DNA of 57,413 bases from positions 1 through 57,413 of the forward strand of contig CAZVCA010000003.1 in assembly GCA_964626045.1 (NCBI GenBank). Direction: 5' to 3'. The notes beneath the pieces are model-generated. The model saw only the letters and a list, made by a program, of their open reading frames with translations. It did not search any database and had not been told where the DNA came from. The position numbers were made by a program, and so were the translations under genes. The DNA comes from an uncultured Halobacteriales archaeon. Lineage in GTDB: Archaea > Halobacteriota > Halobacteria > Halobacteriales > Halobacteriaceae. Positions 29,483 through 39,115 of this stretch are shown piece by piece. Each line of letters begins with the position of its first letter. Within the stretch, counting starts at the first letter, position 1.

Positions 29483-29551
29483 GGGTAAACGTCCCAAACG
29501 CTGCAGGATAAAGGTTATCTATACTTGTGACTATATTCCTTATATTATTAA

Positions 29552-29603
29552 AGGATGGGCCCTCGGGTGCTGGCACGAGGATGGGCCCTTGGGTGCTGGC
29601 ACG
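29552..29603. repeat. Intergenic 26-bp tandem duplication (2 copies, 1 mismatch)
   Basis: AGGATGGGCCCTCGGGTGCTGGCACG (29552-29577) followed directly by AGGATGGGCCCTTGGGTGCTGGCACG (29578-29603). Confidence 0.95.
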
Positions 29604-29677
29604 ACTGGTTCACACGCGGCGAGGCCTCGTCATATTTCAGTACGGTTTTAACGCCGGGCCGGCAGATACGTAATGAC

Positions 29678-30388
29678 GTGAAGGGACAGGAGTGGTACCA
29701 GGCCGACGCGGTCGCGGAGGCCTACGAGGAAAAGCGGTTTTCCCGCGGGGGACGGCTCATCGACCGCCGGGAGAAGGAGGCGGTCCTCGAGGCGCTTTCC
29801 CCGCTTGCTGACAAGCAAATCCTGGAAATCGCCTGTGGGACCGGTCGGTTTACCGTGCTGTTGGCCGAACACGGCGCGGACGTGACCGGCCTGGATATTT
29901 CCGGGCCGATGCTCCAGCAAGGTCGCGAGAAAGCGATGCGGGCCGGGGTCCGCGATCATCTTGAGTTCATGCGTGGCGATGCGGGCCGGCTCCCGTTCCC
30001 CGACGATCACTTCGATGCGGTGTTCGCGATGCGATTTTTCCACCTCGCGGACACCCCCGAAGCCTTCCTCAGCGAGATGGCCCGGGTCTCGAAGGACCTG
30101 GTCGTGTTCGATACGTTCAACGCCGCGAGCGCCAGAACGGTGTACAATTGGGCCTTGCCGATGGGATCACGGTTGTACGAGCGTCGCGAGGTCACGGACC
30201 TGATCGACAGCGCTTCCCTGGAGTTGACCGACGAGGCACGGGATTTCATCGTCCCCTACGGCCTCTATCGCAAGATGCCGGACTGGATGGCCGACCCGCT
30301 CAGAGATATCGACCAGACGATCGTGGATTCAGAGCCCGGCAGTCGGTTGGCGAGTGTTTCCTACTGGACGACCCGGACTGGCGAATAA
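29678..30388 (+). CDS. Class I SAM-dependent methyltransferase
   Basis: GTG start (KGQEWYQ); ILEIACGTGRF, GLDISGPML, GDAGRLPFPDDHFDAV. Confidence 0.9.
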   Translation: MKGQEWYQADAVAEAYEEKRFSRGGRLIDRREKEAVLEALSPLADKQILEIACGTGRFTVLLAEHGADVTGLDISGPMLQQGREKAMRAGVRDHLEFMRGDAGRLPFPDDHFDAVFAMRFFHLADTPEAFLSEMARVSKDLVVFDTFNAASARTVYNWALPMGSRLYERREVTDLIDSASLELTDEARDFIVPYGLYRKMPDWMADPLRDIDQTIVDSEPGSRLASVSYWTTRTGE

Positions 30389-30449
30389 CTCTCGGTGGGT
30401 GATGGCCGAATCCGAGAGGTTTTACGTGTGTCAGTGATGTGTAAATTGA

Positions 30450-31358
30450 ATGGATCTCTCGGTGGTAATTGTGACGCTGAACGGCCGTCAGGCACTGCCG
30501 GCCACGTTGGCGTCCATCGCCGAGACGGCTCCTGAGGCGGAGGTCATCGTGGCAAACGGCCCATCCGCGGATGGCACCTCCGGGTACGTCTGTACTCACG
30601 AGGTCGTCGACGAACTGCTCGATCTGGCGGATCGAAACCCCACAGTCGCCCGAAACGCCGGCTTGCAGGCAGCGTCGGGTGAGGTCGTGGCGTTTCTCGG
30701 CCAGGGCTCACGTCTCGAACCGACGTGGCTCTCAGGCGTGGAGAACGCCCTTGAAACCGGTGTCGACGCGGTGACCGGACCGATTCACCGGGCGCTCGAG
30801 GGCGATGTGACGACCGAATCACTCGAAGAGACGACCGTCGGGTCACGGACGGTCCGATTTTTCGACCCGGGGAACGTGATCTTCGACCGGGCGGCGATCG
30901 AGGCATTGGACGGCTTCGACGAGGCACTCGCTGTCGGTGCCGCCCGGGACGTGGCCCACCGCCTCGCGGGCACCGGCCGAACCCTTCGCTGGGAACCAAA
31001 CGCGGCCGTTCTCCGGGAAGCCGGCCCGAAGAGCCCCCAACACGCTGGCCGGGAGGACATCGCTCGCGAGGCGCGAGCGAAAGGCTATCGGCTGGCCAAA
31101 AACTACGGTCTCGATCCTGGGGCGGCCGAAACACTGCTCCGAACCGTCCTCCAACATGGGGGACAGGACGTCAAAGGGAGTTTCACTGGCAAGCGGAAAC
31201 CGTCCGAGGTGCTTCGAAACGGGCGGGAGGCCGCCCGCGGGATGGTCAAAGGAATCACGGACGGATTACGGGCCCGTCGGGCTGATCGGCTCCCGCGACG
31301 GAACCCGAACGGGCTGTCCGCTGGCACCTCGCGAGCGAGCAGTCGCTGCAAGCCGTAG
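30450..31358 (+). CDS. GT2-fold glycosyltransferase-like protein with degenerate DxD motif
   Basis: SVVIVTLNG, NGPSADGT, ARNAGL, LDGFDEAL; VAFLGQG in place of DxD. Confidence 0.75.
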   Translation: MDLSVVIVTLNGRQALPATLASIAETAPEAEVIVANGPSADGTSGYVCTHEVVDELLDLADRNPTVARNAGLQAASGEVVAFLGQGSRLEPTWLSGVENALETGVDAVTGPIHRALEGDVTTESLEETTVGSRTVRFFDPGNVIFDRAAIEALDGFDEALAVGAARDVAHRLAGTGRTLRWEPNAAVLREAGPKSPQHAGREDIAREARAKGYRLAKNYGLDPGAAETLLRTVLQHGGQDVKGSFTGKRKPSEVLRNGREAARGMVKGITDGLRARRADRLPRRNPNGLSAGTSRASSRCKP

Positions 31359-31419
31359 GTGTCCGAAGCAGTCAGGAACTCGTCAGCGTCGGTGTCTGGG
31401 GCGGTCTGGGAATGTCAGC

Positions 31420-32256
31420 TTACCTGTCGGGGGCGGTCTGAAACTCGTCGAGCGTCGGGAGGACCCGGATCGGATTCTTCGTGAAGACCCGCTCCATGGC
31501 GTTTTCGGGCACGTCGAGGGTCAAGATTTCCATGACGGCGACGTTCGGGTGGACGGTTGGTGCCCCGCTTCCGAAAATGATGCGATCCGGATGTTCCATG
31601 ATCGCCCGCTCGAGCAGGTCACGATAGCGAACCGCACTCGTATCGAGGTACAGCGAATCACGCCTGTCGAGCAGGTCGATGGCCGCTTCCATGAGCTCAC
31701 GATCGGCCGGATAGCCGCCGAAGTGGGCCATAATGACGGGGATCGAGCGACCCAGCAGGTGTTCGTCAACGTGGGTCGGCGGGAACTTGACCCCGCCGTC
31801 GAGCAACACGGGCAGACCGACCTCTTCGAGCGCGTCGAGAACCGCCTCGGTCGGTAAGCCGTCACGCACCGGATCGAGTTTGAACCCGATAAACCGGTCG
31901 TCGTAGGCGTACTGTTTGACGTCGTCCGGGGTCGTATGGGCAGCATCGGGCCGTGCGACGGCGTTCTTGATGACTGCCTGGAGCGAACCCGACCCGTCGC
32001 GCGGGCCGTCGAGTCTCGCCATGGCCGAGAGCGGTCGCTCGACGGTCTGGCGGGCTATCGCATTGTTCGCTCGGAGGTAGCCGCGCTCGCTTTTGACCGG
32101 TCCCGGAAAGACCACGGCGTGGACCACTCCTGCCTGGTGTAGCTCCCGCTGAAGCCCCTCCGCGTCGATGGTTTTCCCCCGGATCGGGCGACCGGGTCCC
32201 GGATGGAGGCGGGCGTGCACGTCGAGGGTCTGGAACCCGTGTTCGAGCTCCAGCAT
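31420..32256 (-). CDS. Amidohydrolase_2-fold protein with atypical metal ligands
   Basis: DVHARL, GYLRANNAI, MAHFGGYP, YLDTSAVR, RIIFGSGAP. Confidence 0.8.
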   Translation of the reverse strand: MLELEHGFQTLDVHARLHPGPGRPIRGKTIDAEGLQRELHQAGVVHAVVFPGPVKSERGYLRANNAIARQTVERPLSAMARLDGPRDGSGSLQAVIKNAVARPDAAHTTPDDVKQYAYDDRFIGFKLDPVRDGLPTEAVLDALEEVGLPVLLDGGVKFPPTHVDEHLLGRSIPVIMAHFGGYPADRELMEAAIDLLDRRDSLYLDTSAVRYRDLLERAIMEHPDRIIFGSGAPTVHPNVAVMEILTLDVPENAMERVFTKNPIRVLPTLDEFQTAPDR

Positions 32257-32287
32257 GCCCAACCATCCGTGGGCGCCCTATTTCGAC

Positions 32288-33067
32288 CTAACGGTCGGCG
32301 GGCTGTTCGGCCTCGGCCGATGTCAGATAGACGGTATCCCGGAGCGCGAGATCAAAGGCCTCGTCCCCCCGGCCCCGATTGACGGCCAGTTCGACCCGTC
32401 CGTGGCTCCCGACCGTGACAAGTTCGTCTCCCGGAGGCACGGCCGCATACGTTTTCTCTACGGGCGTTTCCCGACCCTCGACGAGGATCGTGGTCCCCCA
32501 CGAATCGAGGCCGGAACCGGGTATGTTCGTGATGACGTTGCCGAAGGTGTCGATCGCGAGGACTTCCCCGATCGCCTCGTCGTCCTGGAGGGTCGGTTCC
32601 GGGAAGCCGATCCGTTCGACATCCGTGACCGGTTCGAATCGACCCCCTTCGACGACCGTTCCGAGTCCGGATTCGTGGACGCTCGCGGCGAGCGGCGCAA
32701 ACACGTCCCGTCCGTGAAAGGTCGAGCTGTCCGGGTCCGACGGGGTCGTCGCGTAGTACGTGGGGTCGTCGGCCAATTCGTTGGCGACCGGAATCATGAC
32801 GCCGTTGTCAGGCCCGACCAGCCGATGGTCCCCGGCTTCGACGACGAGCACCCGCCGGCCGGTGCCGACGCCTGGATCGATGACGATCAGGTGGACGGCC
32901 GGCGGAAAGGTTGGGAGTATTTCGCGGAGCCAAAACGCGCCAGTCATGAGGTCCTGGCGGGGCAAATCGTGGGCGACGTCGATGATCTCGGCGTCTGTTT
33001 CCGAGCGAATCACGCCTTTCATCGCGGCGGGATAGGGGGAGCCGAAATCCGAGGCGAGGGTTATCAT
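32288..33067 (-). CDS. SAM hydroxide adenosyltransferase / SAM hydrolase (DUF62 family)
   Basis: MITLASDFG, VIDPGVGTGR, VGPDNG, TFHGRDVFAP, IDTFGNVITN, ELAVNRG. Confidence 0.93.
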   Translation of the reverse strand: MITLASDFGSPYPAAMKGVIRSETDAEIIDVAHDLPRQDLMTGAFWLREILPTFPPAVHLIVIDPGVGTGRRVLVVEAGDHRLVGPDNGVMIPVANELADDPTYYATTPSDPDSSTFHGRDVFAPLAASVHESGLGTVVEGGRFEPVTDVERIGFPEPTLQDDEAIGEVLAIDTFGNVITNIPGSGLDSWGTTILVEGRETPVEKTYAAVPPGDELVTVGSHGRVELAVNRGRGDEAFDLALRDTVYLTSAEAEQPADR

Positions 33068-33594
33068 TCCGGATCAGCCCGGCCGCTCGCGTCGGTTTCG
33101 TCGATGTGCTGGATGCGGGTGATCCCGTTTATCTCCTCGATCGTGTCGACGACAGGTTCCGGCAGCAGCTCTTCCCAATCGTCGTCCTGTTTCATCCGCT
33201 CCCGGATGTTCTCGCCCTCGAGCTGTTCTCGGTCGAACATCGGGGATTGACGCACCTCGATCCCGGACTCGTCGAAGAGCCGGATCACGAGGGGGTTGTT
33301 CGAGTAGGCAACGTCGAAGTCCGGACTCATCGCGGTGACGTGACTGACCCAGACGGAGTTCCGATTGATGTCCTCGATGGGGACGACGTAGGTCACAAGA
33401 TCGAGCTCGGCGAGACTCCGGGTAATCATCATGATCCGTTCGCCGGCCGTGAACGGATTCTCGAGGGTATGGCTCTGATCCGCGCTCCCGATCCCGACGA
33501 CCACCTCGTCGACCTCCCGGGCGATCTGTTCGATAACCCGGTGGTGCCCACGGTGATAGGGCTGAAAGCGACCGATGTAGAACCCGCGTGTCAT
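33064..33594 (-). CDS. nadM: Nicotinamide-nucleotide adenylyltransferase
   Basis: GRFQPYHRGH, GIGSADQSH, NPFTAGER, WVSHV, SNNPLV. Confidence 0.95.
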   Translation of the reverse strand: MTRGFYIGRFQPYHRGHHRVIEQIAREVDEVVVGIGSADQSHTLENPFTAGERIMMITRSLAELDLVTYVVPIEDINRNSVWVSHVTAMSPDFDVAYSNNPLVIRLFDESGIEVRQSPMFDREQLEGENIRERMKQDDDWEELLPEPVVDTIEEINGITRIQHIDETDASGRADPE

Positions 33595-33787
33595 TGCAGG
33601 GGGTTGGGGACGGCCCTACATCAATGGGGGCGGTCTGTCTCGAGCTCACCGAGAGTGGGTTTCGGACTCGCAGCCGAAACCGGCGGAGAGCCCCTTAAAA
33701 TGCCATTAATGGCCCGTACGGAGACATCGCCGAAGGGAGAAAGTATATCAATAGCGGGACCCTGCATTCGACCGTCGAAAACATTCT

Positions 33788-35842
33788 ATGAGCAACGATC
33801 CTACGAGTGAGCTACCCCCCGACGACGACCCAAGCCCGGTCCGGAAGCGCGAGGACCAAGAGCGGGGCGAAGACAAGGTCCCACTAGACGAGGATCTCGG
33901 GAGCGAGGTCGACGTGGAAGGGGACGTGGAGATCGACGAAGAAAACGCCGAAGACGACCTCCTCGGCGGGCTGAAGATCGAATCCACGGCTGACATCGAA
34001 GTGCCGGATCGGCTCGTCGATCAGGTGATCGGGCAAAGCGAGGCCCGGGAGATCGTCAAACGGGCTGCGAAACAGCACCGCCACGTGATGATGATCGGCT
34101 CGCCGGGGACTGGCAAGTCGATGCTGGCCAAGGCGATGAGCCGCCTTCTGCCGAAGGAGTCCCTGCAGGACGTCCTGGTCTATCACAACCCGGAGGATTC
34201 GAACGAACCGCGGGTCCGGACGGTCCCGGCCGGCAAGGGCGACCAGATCGTCGAGGCCCACCAGGAAGAGGCCCGCAAGCGCAAACAGATGCGCTCGTTC
34301 CTGATGTGGATCGTCATCGCGATCATCGTCGGGTACGCCCTGCTCATCGCGGGGCAGGTCCTACTCGGCTTGCTCGCTGCGGGTGTTATCTACTTCGCCT
34401 TCCGCTATACCAACCGCGGCAGCGACGCGATGGTGCCGAAACTGCTGGTCAACAACGGCGACCGGACGGTTGCACCGTTCGAAGACGCCACGGGCGCCCA
34501 TGCAGGGGCCCTGTTGGGTGACGTCCGCCACGACCCGTTCCAGTCCGGCGGCATGGAGACACCGAGTCACGACCGGGTCGAGGCCGGCTCCATCCAGAAG
34601 GCCCACAAGGGCGTGTTGTTCGTCGACGAGATCAACACCCTGGACATCCGCTCGCAACAGAAGCTCATGACGGCGATTCAGGAGGGCGAGTTCGCCATCA
34701 CGGGCCAGTCCGAACGCTCCTCGGGCGCGATGGTCCAGACCGAGCCAGTGCCGTGTGATTTCATCATGGTCGCTGCGGGGAACATGGACGCGATGGAGAA
34801 CATGCACCCCGCCCTTCGGGACCGGCTGAAAGGATATGGCTACGAGGTGTACATGGAGGACACCATCGACGAGAGCCCGACGACGCGGCGGCAGTACGCC
34901 CGCTTTGTCGCGCAGGAAGTCGAAAAAGACGGTCGCCTCCCGCACTTCGAACCGGACGCCGTCCGGGAAGTCATCCTCGAAGCCAAACGCCGTTCCGGCC
35001 GGAAGGGCCAGCTCACCCTGAAACTCCGTGACCTGGGTGGCCTGGTCCGGGTCGCCGGCGACATCGCGAAGGCCGAGGGAAGCGAGTTCGTCGAGCGCGA
35101 GCACGTCCTCGAAGCCAAGAAACGCTCGCGATCGATCGAACAGCAGTTCGCAGACGACTACATCGAGCGCCGGAAGGACTACGAACTCAAAGAGACCGAA
35201 GGCAGCGCCGTTGGCCGGGTCAACGGGCTCGCCGTCATGGGTGGTGATTCGGGCATCGTGCTTCCGGTGATGGCCGAAGTCACCCCACGCCAGGGCGAAG
35301 GAGGCCGCGTCATTGCCACCGGGCAACTCAAGGAAATGGCCCAGGAGGCCGTCTCGAACGTCTCGGCCATCATCAAGAAGTTCTCCGACGAGGACATTTC
35401 GGAGAAGGACATCCACGTGCAGTTCATTCAGACACAGGGCGTCGAGGGCGATTCGGCGTCGATCACGGTGGCGACGGCGGTCATCTCCGCCCTGGAGAAC
35501 ATCCCGATCGAACAGGACCTGGCCATGACCGGCTCCCTCTCGGTTCGCGGTGACGTCCTGCCGGTCGGCGGCGTGACCCACAAAATCGAGGCCGCCGCGA
35601 AAGCCGGCTACGATCGCGTGATGATTCCGAAGGCCAACGAACAGGACGTGATGATCGAAGACGAGTACCAGGAGATGATCGAAATCATCCCCGTCTCTCA
35701 CATCAGTGAGGTACTCGACGTGGCGCTCGCGGGCGAACCGGAGAAGGATTCGCTCGTCGACCGCCTCAAATCGATCACCGGCACGGCCCTCGAGGCGACG
35801 GAAGGGGCCACAGCGAGCGGGGCGAATCCCTCGCCACAGTAA
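33788..35842 (+). CDS. lonB: Membrane-anchored ATP-dependent protease LonB
   Basis: DQVIGQ, Walker A GSPGTGKS, TM insertion, Walker B LFVDEIN, catalytic Ser in EGDSAS and Lys in VTHKIEAA. No intein seen. Confidence 0.97.
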   Translation: MSNDPTSELPPDDDPSPVRKREDQERGEDKVPLDEDLGSEVDVEGDVEIDEENAEDDLLGGLKIESTADIEVPDRLVDQVIGQSEAREIVKRAAKQHRHVMMIGSPGTGKSMLAKAMSRLLPKESLQDVLVYHNPEDSNEPRVRTVPAGKGDQIVEAHQEEARKRKQMRSFLMWIVIAIIVGYALLIAGQVLLGLLAAGVIYFAFRYTNRGSDAMVPKLLVNNGDRTVAPFEDATGAHAGALLGDVRHDPFQSGGMETPSHDRVEAGSIQKAHKGVLFVDEINTLDIRSQQKLMTAIQEGEFAITGQSERSSGAMVQTEPVPCDFIMVAAGNMDAMENMHPALRDRLKGYGYEVYMEDTIDESPTTRRQYARFVAQEVEKDGRLPHFEPDAVREVILEAKRRSGRKGQLTLKLRDLGGLVRVAGDIAKAEGSEFVEREHVLEAKKRSRSIEQQFADDYIERRKDYELKETEGSAVGRVNGLAVMGGDSGIVLPVMAEVTPRQGEGGRVIATGQLKEMAQEAVSNVSAIIKKFSDEDISEKDIHVQFIQTQGVEGDSASITVATAVISALENIPIEQDLAMTGSLSVRGDVLPVGGVTHKIEAAAKAGYDRVMIPKANEQDVMIEDEYQEMIEIIPVSHISEVLDVALAGEPEKDSLVDRLKSITGTALEATEGATASGANPSPQ

Positions 35843-35888
35843 CGAGCGGGTCGCTGATTTCTTGGGTACTGGGGCCGATCATCGATCA

Positions 35889-36560
35889 ATGGCAACACCC
35901 GCCTGGGGATTCTTGACGGTTGCTGCCGTTCTCATCGCCGCCGGCGTCGTCGTTCTTGCCAGGCAAACGGCCACCCAGTTGGGGACCCCTGACAGTCCGA
36001 TCGCCCAGTTGCCACGCCGGACCCTCTACCTCAACGTGGCGGTTTCACACGGACTCGTGCTCGGTCTCATCGGACTGCTCGTCTGGTGGACGGCGATTCC
36101 GGTCGGCACGCTCGGGTTGAGGTCCATCCCGGACCCGGTTCCGATCGCTCTGGTAGCGGGTGGACTGATCGGATTCAACGAACTGGCCGAACGCGTCGCT
36201 CGCCGGCTCGACCTTCCTGAGAACCCCCTCCGGGCACTATTAACTCCTGAAACGGGATCGCAATGGATCACGCTGGCTGGGCTCGTGTTGCCGTTGATCG
36301 CGGTGACTGAGGAAGTCCTCTTCCGTGGCGTGTTGATCGGGGCGATACACACTGGCACGTCGATTTCCGCCCCCGTGTTGCTGGTCGGGTCGAGTGTCCT
36401 CTTCGGGGCAGCCCATACCGCCCAGGGGCGAATGGGGGTCGGGATCGCGTCGGTGTTGGGGCTGCTTCTCGGCGGTGTCTTTCTGTGGAGTGAGAGTCTC
36501 TGGCTCGTGATCGGGGCCCACTATCTCGTCGATCTGGTCGAGTTCGCTCGCCATCGGTGA
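35889..36560 (+). CDS. CPBP (Abi/CAAX) family intramembrane metalloprotease
   Basis: EEVLFRG, FGAAH, AHYLVD; multiple TM segments. Confidence 0.9.
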   Translation: MATPAWGFLTVAAVLIAAGVVVLARQTATQLGTPDSPIAQLPRRTLYLNVAVSHGLVLGLIGLLVWWTAIPVGTLGLRSIPDPVPIALVAGGLIGFNELAERVARRLDLPENPLRALLTPETGSQWITLAGLVLPLIAVTEEVLFRGVLIGAIHTGTSISAPVLLVGSSVLFGAAHTAQGRMGVGIASVLGLLLGGVFLWSESLWLVIGAHYLVDLVEFARHR

Positions 36561-36587
36561 GGGGACATGGTCCTGGCGGATTTTCCG

Positions 36588-37052
36588 TTAGCGGCCCTCG
36601 ACCTCGCGGAGTTTGGCCGCCAAGGCCGCGGGCGTGCCGTCGGGGCCGTCCTGAATGCGGTGGGTCGGGACGAAAAGGGGGACCGGATTCTCGGCGAGGG
36701 CGACCTCGGCGGTCTCACGATCGGCGTCGGCGGCCGGGTCCAGACCGGGACTCCGGGCGAGGAGCCGTTTGCGCTGGATCGACTCCCCGTACGGGATCGC
36801 TCTGACCGTCTCGAGGACGCGCCGCTGGTCCGTGGGGACCGTCAGGCCGATATCGATTTCAGTCACGTCCCGCCGGTCCCCCGCCAGATACGCCTCGATC
36901 CAGTCCAGGATTTCGTGCGCTGGTTCGGCGTTCTCGTTCGCGGTCTCCGGCATCGAGAGGCTGATTACCCGCCCGTTGGCGACCCCGATTTGCACCACGC
37001 CAGCCACCCCCTCGATTTCTCTGGCGAAGATTCCCGTCCCGGACATGGCCAT
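36588..37052 (-). CDS. MGMT/Ogt-fold protein lacking the catalytic Cys (ATL-like)
   Basis: QRRVLETVRAIPYG, NPVPLFVPTHRI (canonical PCHR). Start 37052 or 37046. Confidence 0.8.
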   Translation of the reverse strand: MAMSGTGIFAREIEGVAGVVQIGVANGRVISLSMPETANENAEPAHEILDWIEAYLAGDRRDVTEIDIGLTVPTDQRRVLETVRAIPYGESIQRKRLLARSPGLDPAADADRETAEVALAENPVPLFVPTHRIQDGPDGTPAALAAKLREVEGR

Positions 37053-37098
37053 TGGTAGTCTCGGTTCGGCCTTGAAGATTCGCCCTGAGTCACAACAG

Positions 37099-37139
37099 TT
37101 ATGTACAATTCCGTCCATCGATGGACAATAATGGGTACA
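37099..37139. promoter_or_regulatory. trpC promoter/operator: TATA-like TTATGTA, perfect 14-bp palindrome and TGTACA-like boxes
   Basis: GTCCATCGATGGAC at 37113-37126; TGTACA 37102, TGGACA 37122, GGTACA 37134. Confidence 0.55.
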
Positions 37140-37895
37140 CAAGAGGCCGCGGCCGGGTCACTCGCACCGGCCGTCCAGGAGATCCTCGCGGCCGCACGGG
37201 AGCGAGACCGCAGTGAGGGGCGGGTCTCAGTTCGCGCTCGCTCGCTCGAAGCGGCACTCGCAAGCACGGACGGGACCGAACGGGCACCGATCATCGGAGA
37301 GGTTAAACCGACGAGCCCGACGACCGAGGCGGAGCGGCAGGTCGATCCTGTCGCGGCCGCTCGAGCGATGGTCGACGGGGGTGTGAGTGCGATCTCGGTG
37401 TTGACCGAACCGGACCATTTCGGTGGGTCTCTCGAGGCGCTTCGGGCCGTGCGGGAGGCGGTTCCGGTGCCGGTCCTCCGGAAGGATTTCGTGCTCGCAC
37501 CGGCCCAGCTCGACGCCGTCGCTGCGGATGCTGTCCTGTTGATCGCCCGCTTTCTGCCGAACCTCGAATCGATGATCGACACGGCAACGTGTCGCGGCAT
37601 GACGCCTCTCGTCGAGGTCCACGACGAGGCGGAGGTGGCCCGCGCCGTCGAGGCAGGGGCGACGGTCATCGGGATCAACAACCGGGACCTCGCGAGTCTC
37701 TCGGTTGATCGGTCGACGTTCGAGTCGGTCGCTTCGGCCGTCCCGGCGGACGTGACCCTGATCGCCGAGAGTGGGATCTCGACGCCGGCCCACCGGGAGC
37801 GCATGCTCGAAGCGGGGGCTGATGGGTTGCTCGTCGGGTCAGCGATCATGGACGGCGATATCGAAGCGAACACCAGGGAGCTGGTTCACCGATGA
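37131..37895 (+). CDS. trpC: Indole-3-glycerol-phosphate synthase
   Basis: [46 protein letters not shown]. Confidence 0.96.
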   Translation: MGTQEAAAGSLAPAVQEILAAARERDRSEGRVSVRARSLEAALASTDGTERAPIIGEVKPTSPTTEAERQVDPVAAARAMVDGGVSAISVLTEPDHFGGSLEALRAVREAVPVPVLRKDFVLAPAQLDAVAADAVLLIARFLPNLESMIDTATCRGMTPLVEVHDEAEVARAVEAGATVIGINNRDLASLSVDRSTFESVASAVPADVTLIAESGISTPAHRERMLEAGADGLLVGSAIMDGDIEANTRELVHR

Positions 37896-39115
37896 GCAGC
37901 GGTCGATTCGGGGAGTACGGGGGCCAGTACGTGCCGGAGGTGTTGATGCCAGCCGTCGAGGAACTCGAGGCCGCCTACGAGGGTTACGTCCTCGAAAACG
38001 AGGACGGGTTCGTGGACGACTTCCGGGACCGGCTCAGGGATTTCGGTGGCCGGCCAACCCCGCTCCAGCACGCGGAAACACTCAGCGAGCGCTTCGGTGG
38101 GGACGTCTACCTCAAACGAGAGGACCTCCTCCACGGGGGCGCCCACAAACTCAATAACGCACTGGGTCAGGTGTTGCTCGCGGACTACATGGGCAAAGAC
38201 CGCATCATCGCGGAAACCGGGGCCGGCCAGCACGGGACGGCGGTGGCGATGGCCTGTGCGCACCTCGATATGGACTGTGAGATCTACATGGGCCGGACGG
38301 ACATCCGGCGACAGCGCCCCAACGTCTTTCGCATGGTGACCCACGACGCGACGGTCAATCCGGTGGACGAAGGCTCCGGCACGTTGAAAGAGGCCATCAA
38401 CGCCACCCTGCGCGATTGGGCGACGAACGTGGATGATACCCATTACGTGATCGGGTCGGTGGTCGGCCCCCACCCGTTCCCGCGTATGGTGCGGGATTTC
38501 CAGGCGGTCATCTCCGAGGAGGCCCGCGAGCAGGCCATCGACGCGATCGGGGCGCTTCCTGGAACGGTCCTGGCGTGTGCGGGTGGCGGTTCGAACACGA
38601 TGGGATCGTTCCACCACTTCCGGGACGATCCGGTCGACTTGGTGGCCGCCGAAGCCGGTGGGGAATCCCTCAGCATCGACGAGGCAGCCGAAAAAGCGCC
38701 TCATTCGGCCTCCCTGGCCACGGGCACGGAGGGGGTGCTCCACGGCGCCCAGACGAAACTCCTCCAGACGGAAACCGGCCAGATCGTCGAATCCCACAGC
38801 GTCAGTGCCGGCCTCGACTACGCCGGCGTCGGTCCGGAACTGGCCCAGATGGTCGAGACCGGGCGGGTCCGACCGGTCACCGTCGGGGACGAGGCCGCAC
38901 TGGACGCCTTTCACCTGCTTTCCCGAGCCGAAGGGATCATCCCGGCACTCGAGAGCAGCCACGCCATCGCGGCCCTGGACCAGTACGACTTCGCGAATCC
39001 CGTGCTCGTGACCGTTTCAGGTCGCGGCGACAAGGATCTCGATACGGTCATCGAGGAGAGCGAGCAGCGGTCCCTGGAGATGGCCCCGGATCTGGGGGTG
39101 TTCACCGATGGGTAA
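37892..39115 (+). CDS. trpB: Tryptophan synthase beta subunit
   Basis: [15 protein letters not shown] (PLP Lys), [27 protein letters not shown]. Confidence 0.98.
   Translation: MSSGRFGEYGGQYVPEVLMPAVEELEAAYEGYVLENEDGFVDDFRDRLRDFGGRPTPLQHAETLSERFGGDVYLKREDLLHGGAHKLNNALGQVLLADYMGKDRIIAETGAGQHGTAVAMACAHLDMDCEIYMGRTDIRRQRPNVFRMVTHDATVNPVDEGSGTLKEAINATLRDWATNVDDTHYVIGSVVGPHPFPRMVRDFQAVISEEAREQAIDAIGALPGTVLACAGGGSNTMGSFHHFRDDPVDLVAAEAGGESLSIDEAAEKAPHSASLATGTEGVLHGAQTKLLQTETGQIVESHSVSAGLDYAGVGPELAQMVETGRVRPVTVGDEAALDAFHLLSRAEGIIPALESSHAIAALDQYDFANPVLVTVSGRGDKDLDTVIEESEQRSLEMAPDLGVFTDG

Noticed and set aside
29552-29603. Tandem repeat considered as a mini-CRISPR
   Set aside because: Only two abutting copies, no spacer, no cas genes, no resemblance to haloarchaeal CRISPR repeats.
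33788-35842. Possible intein in LonB
   Set aside because: Length (684 aa) and continuous motifs leave no room; no intein splice or LAGLIDADG motifs.
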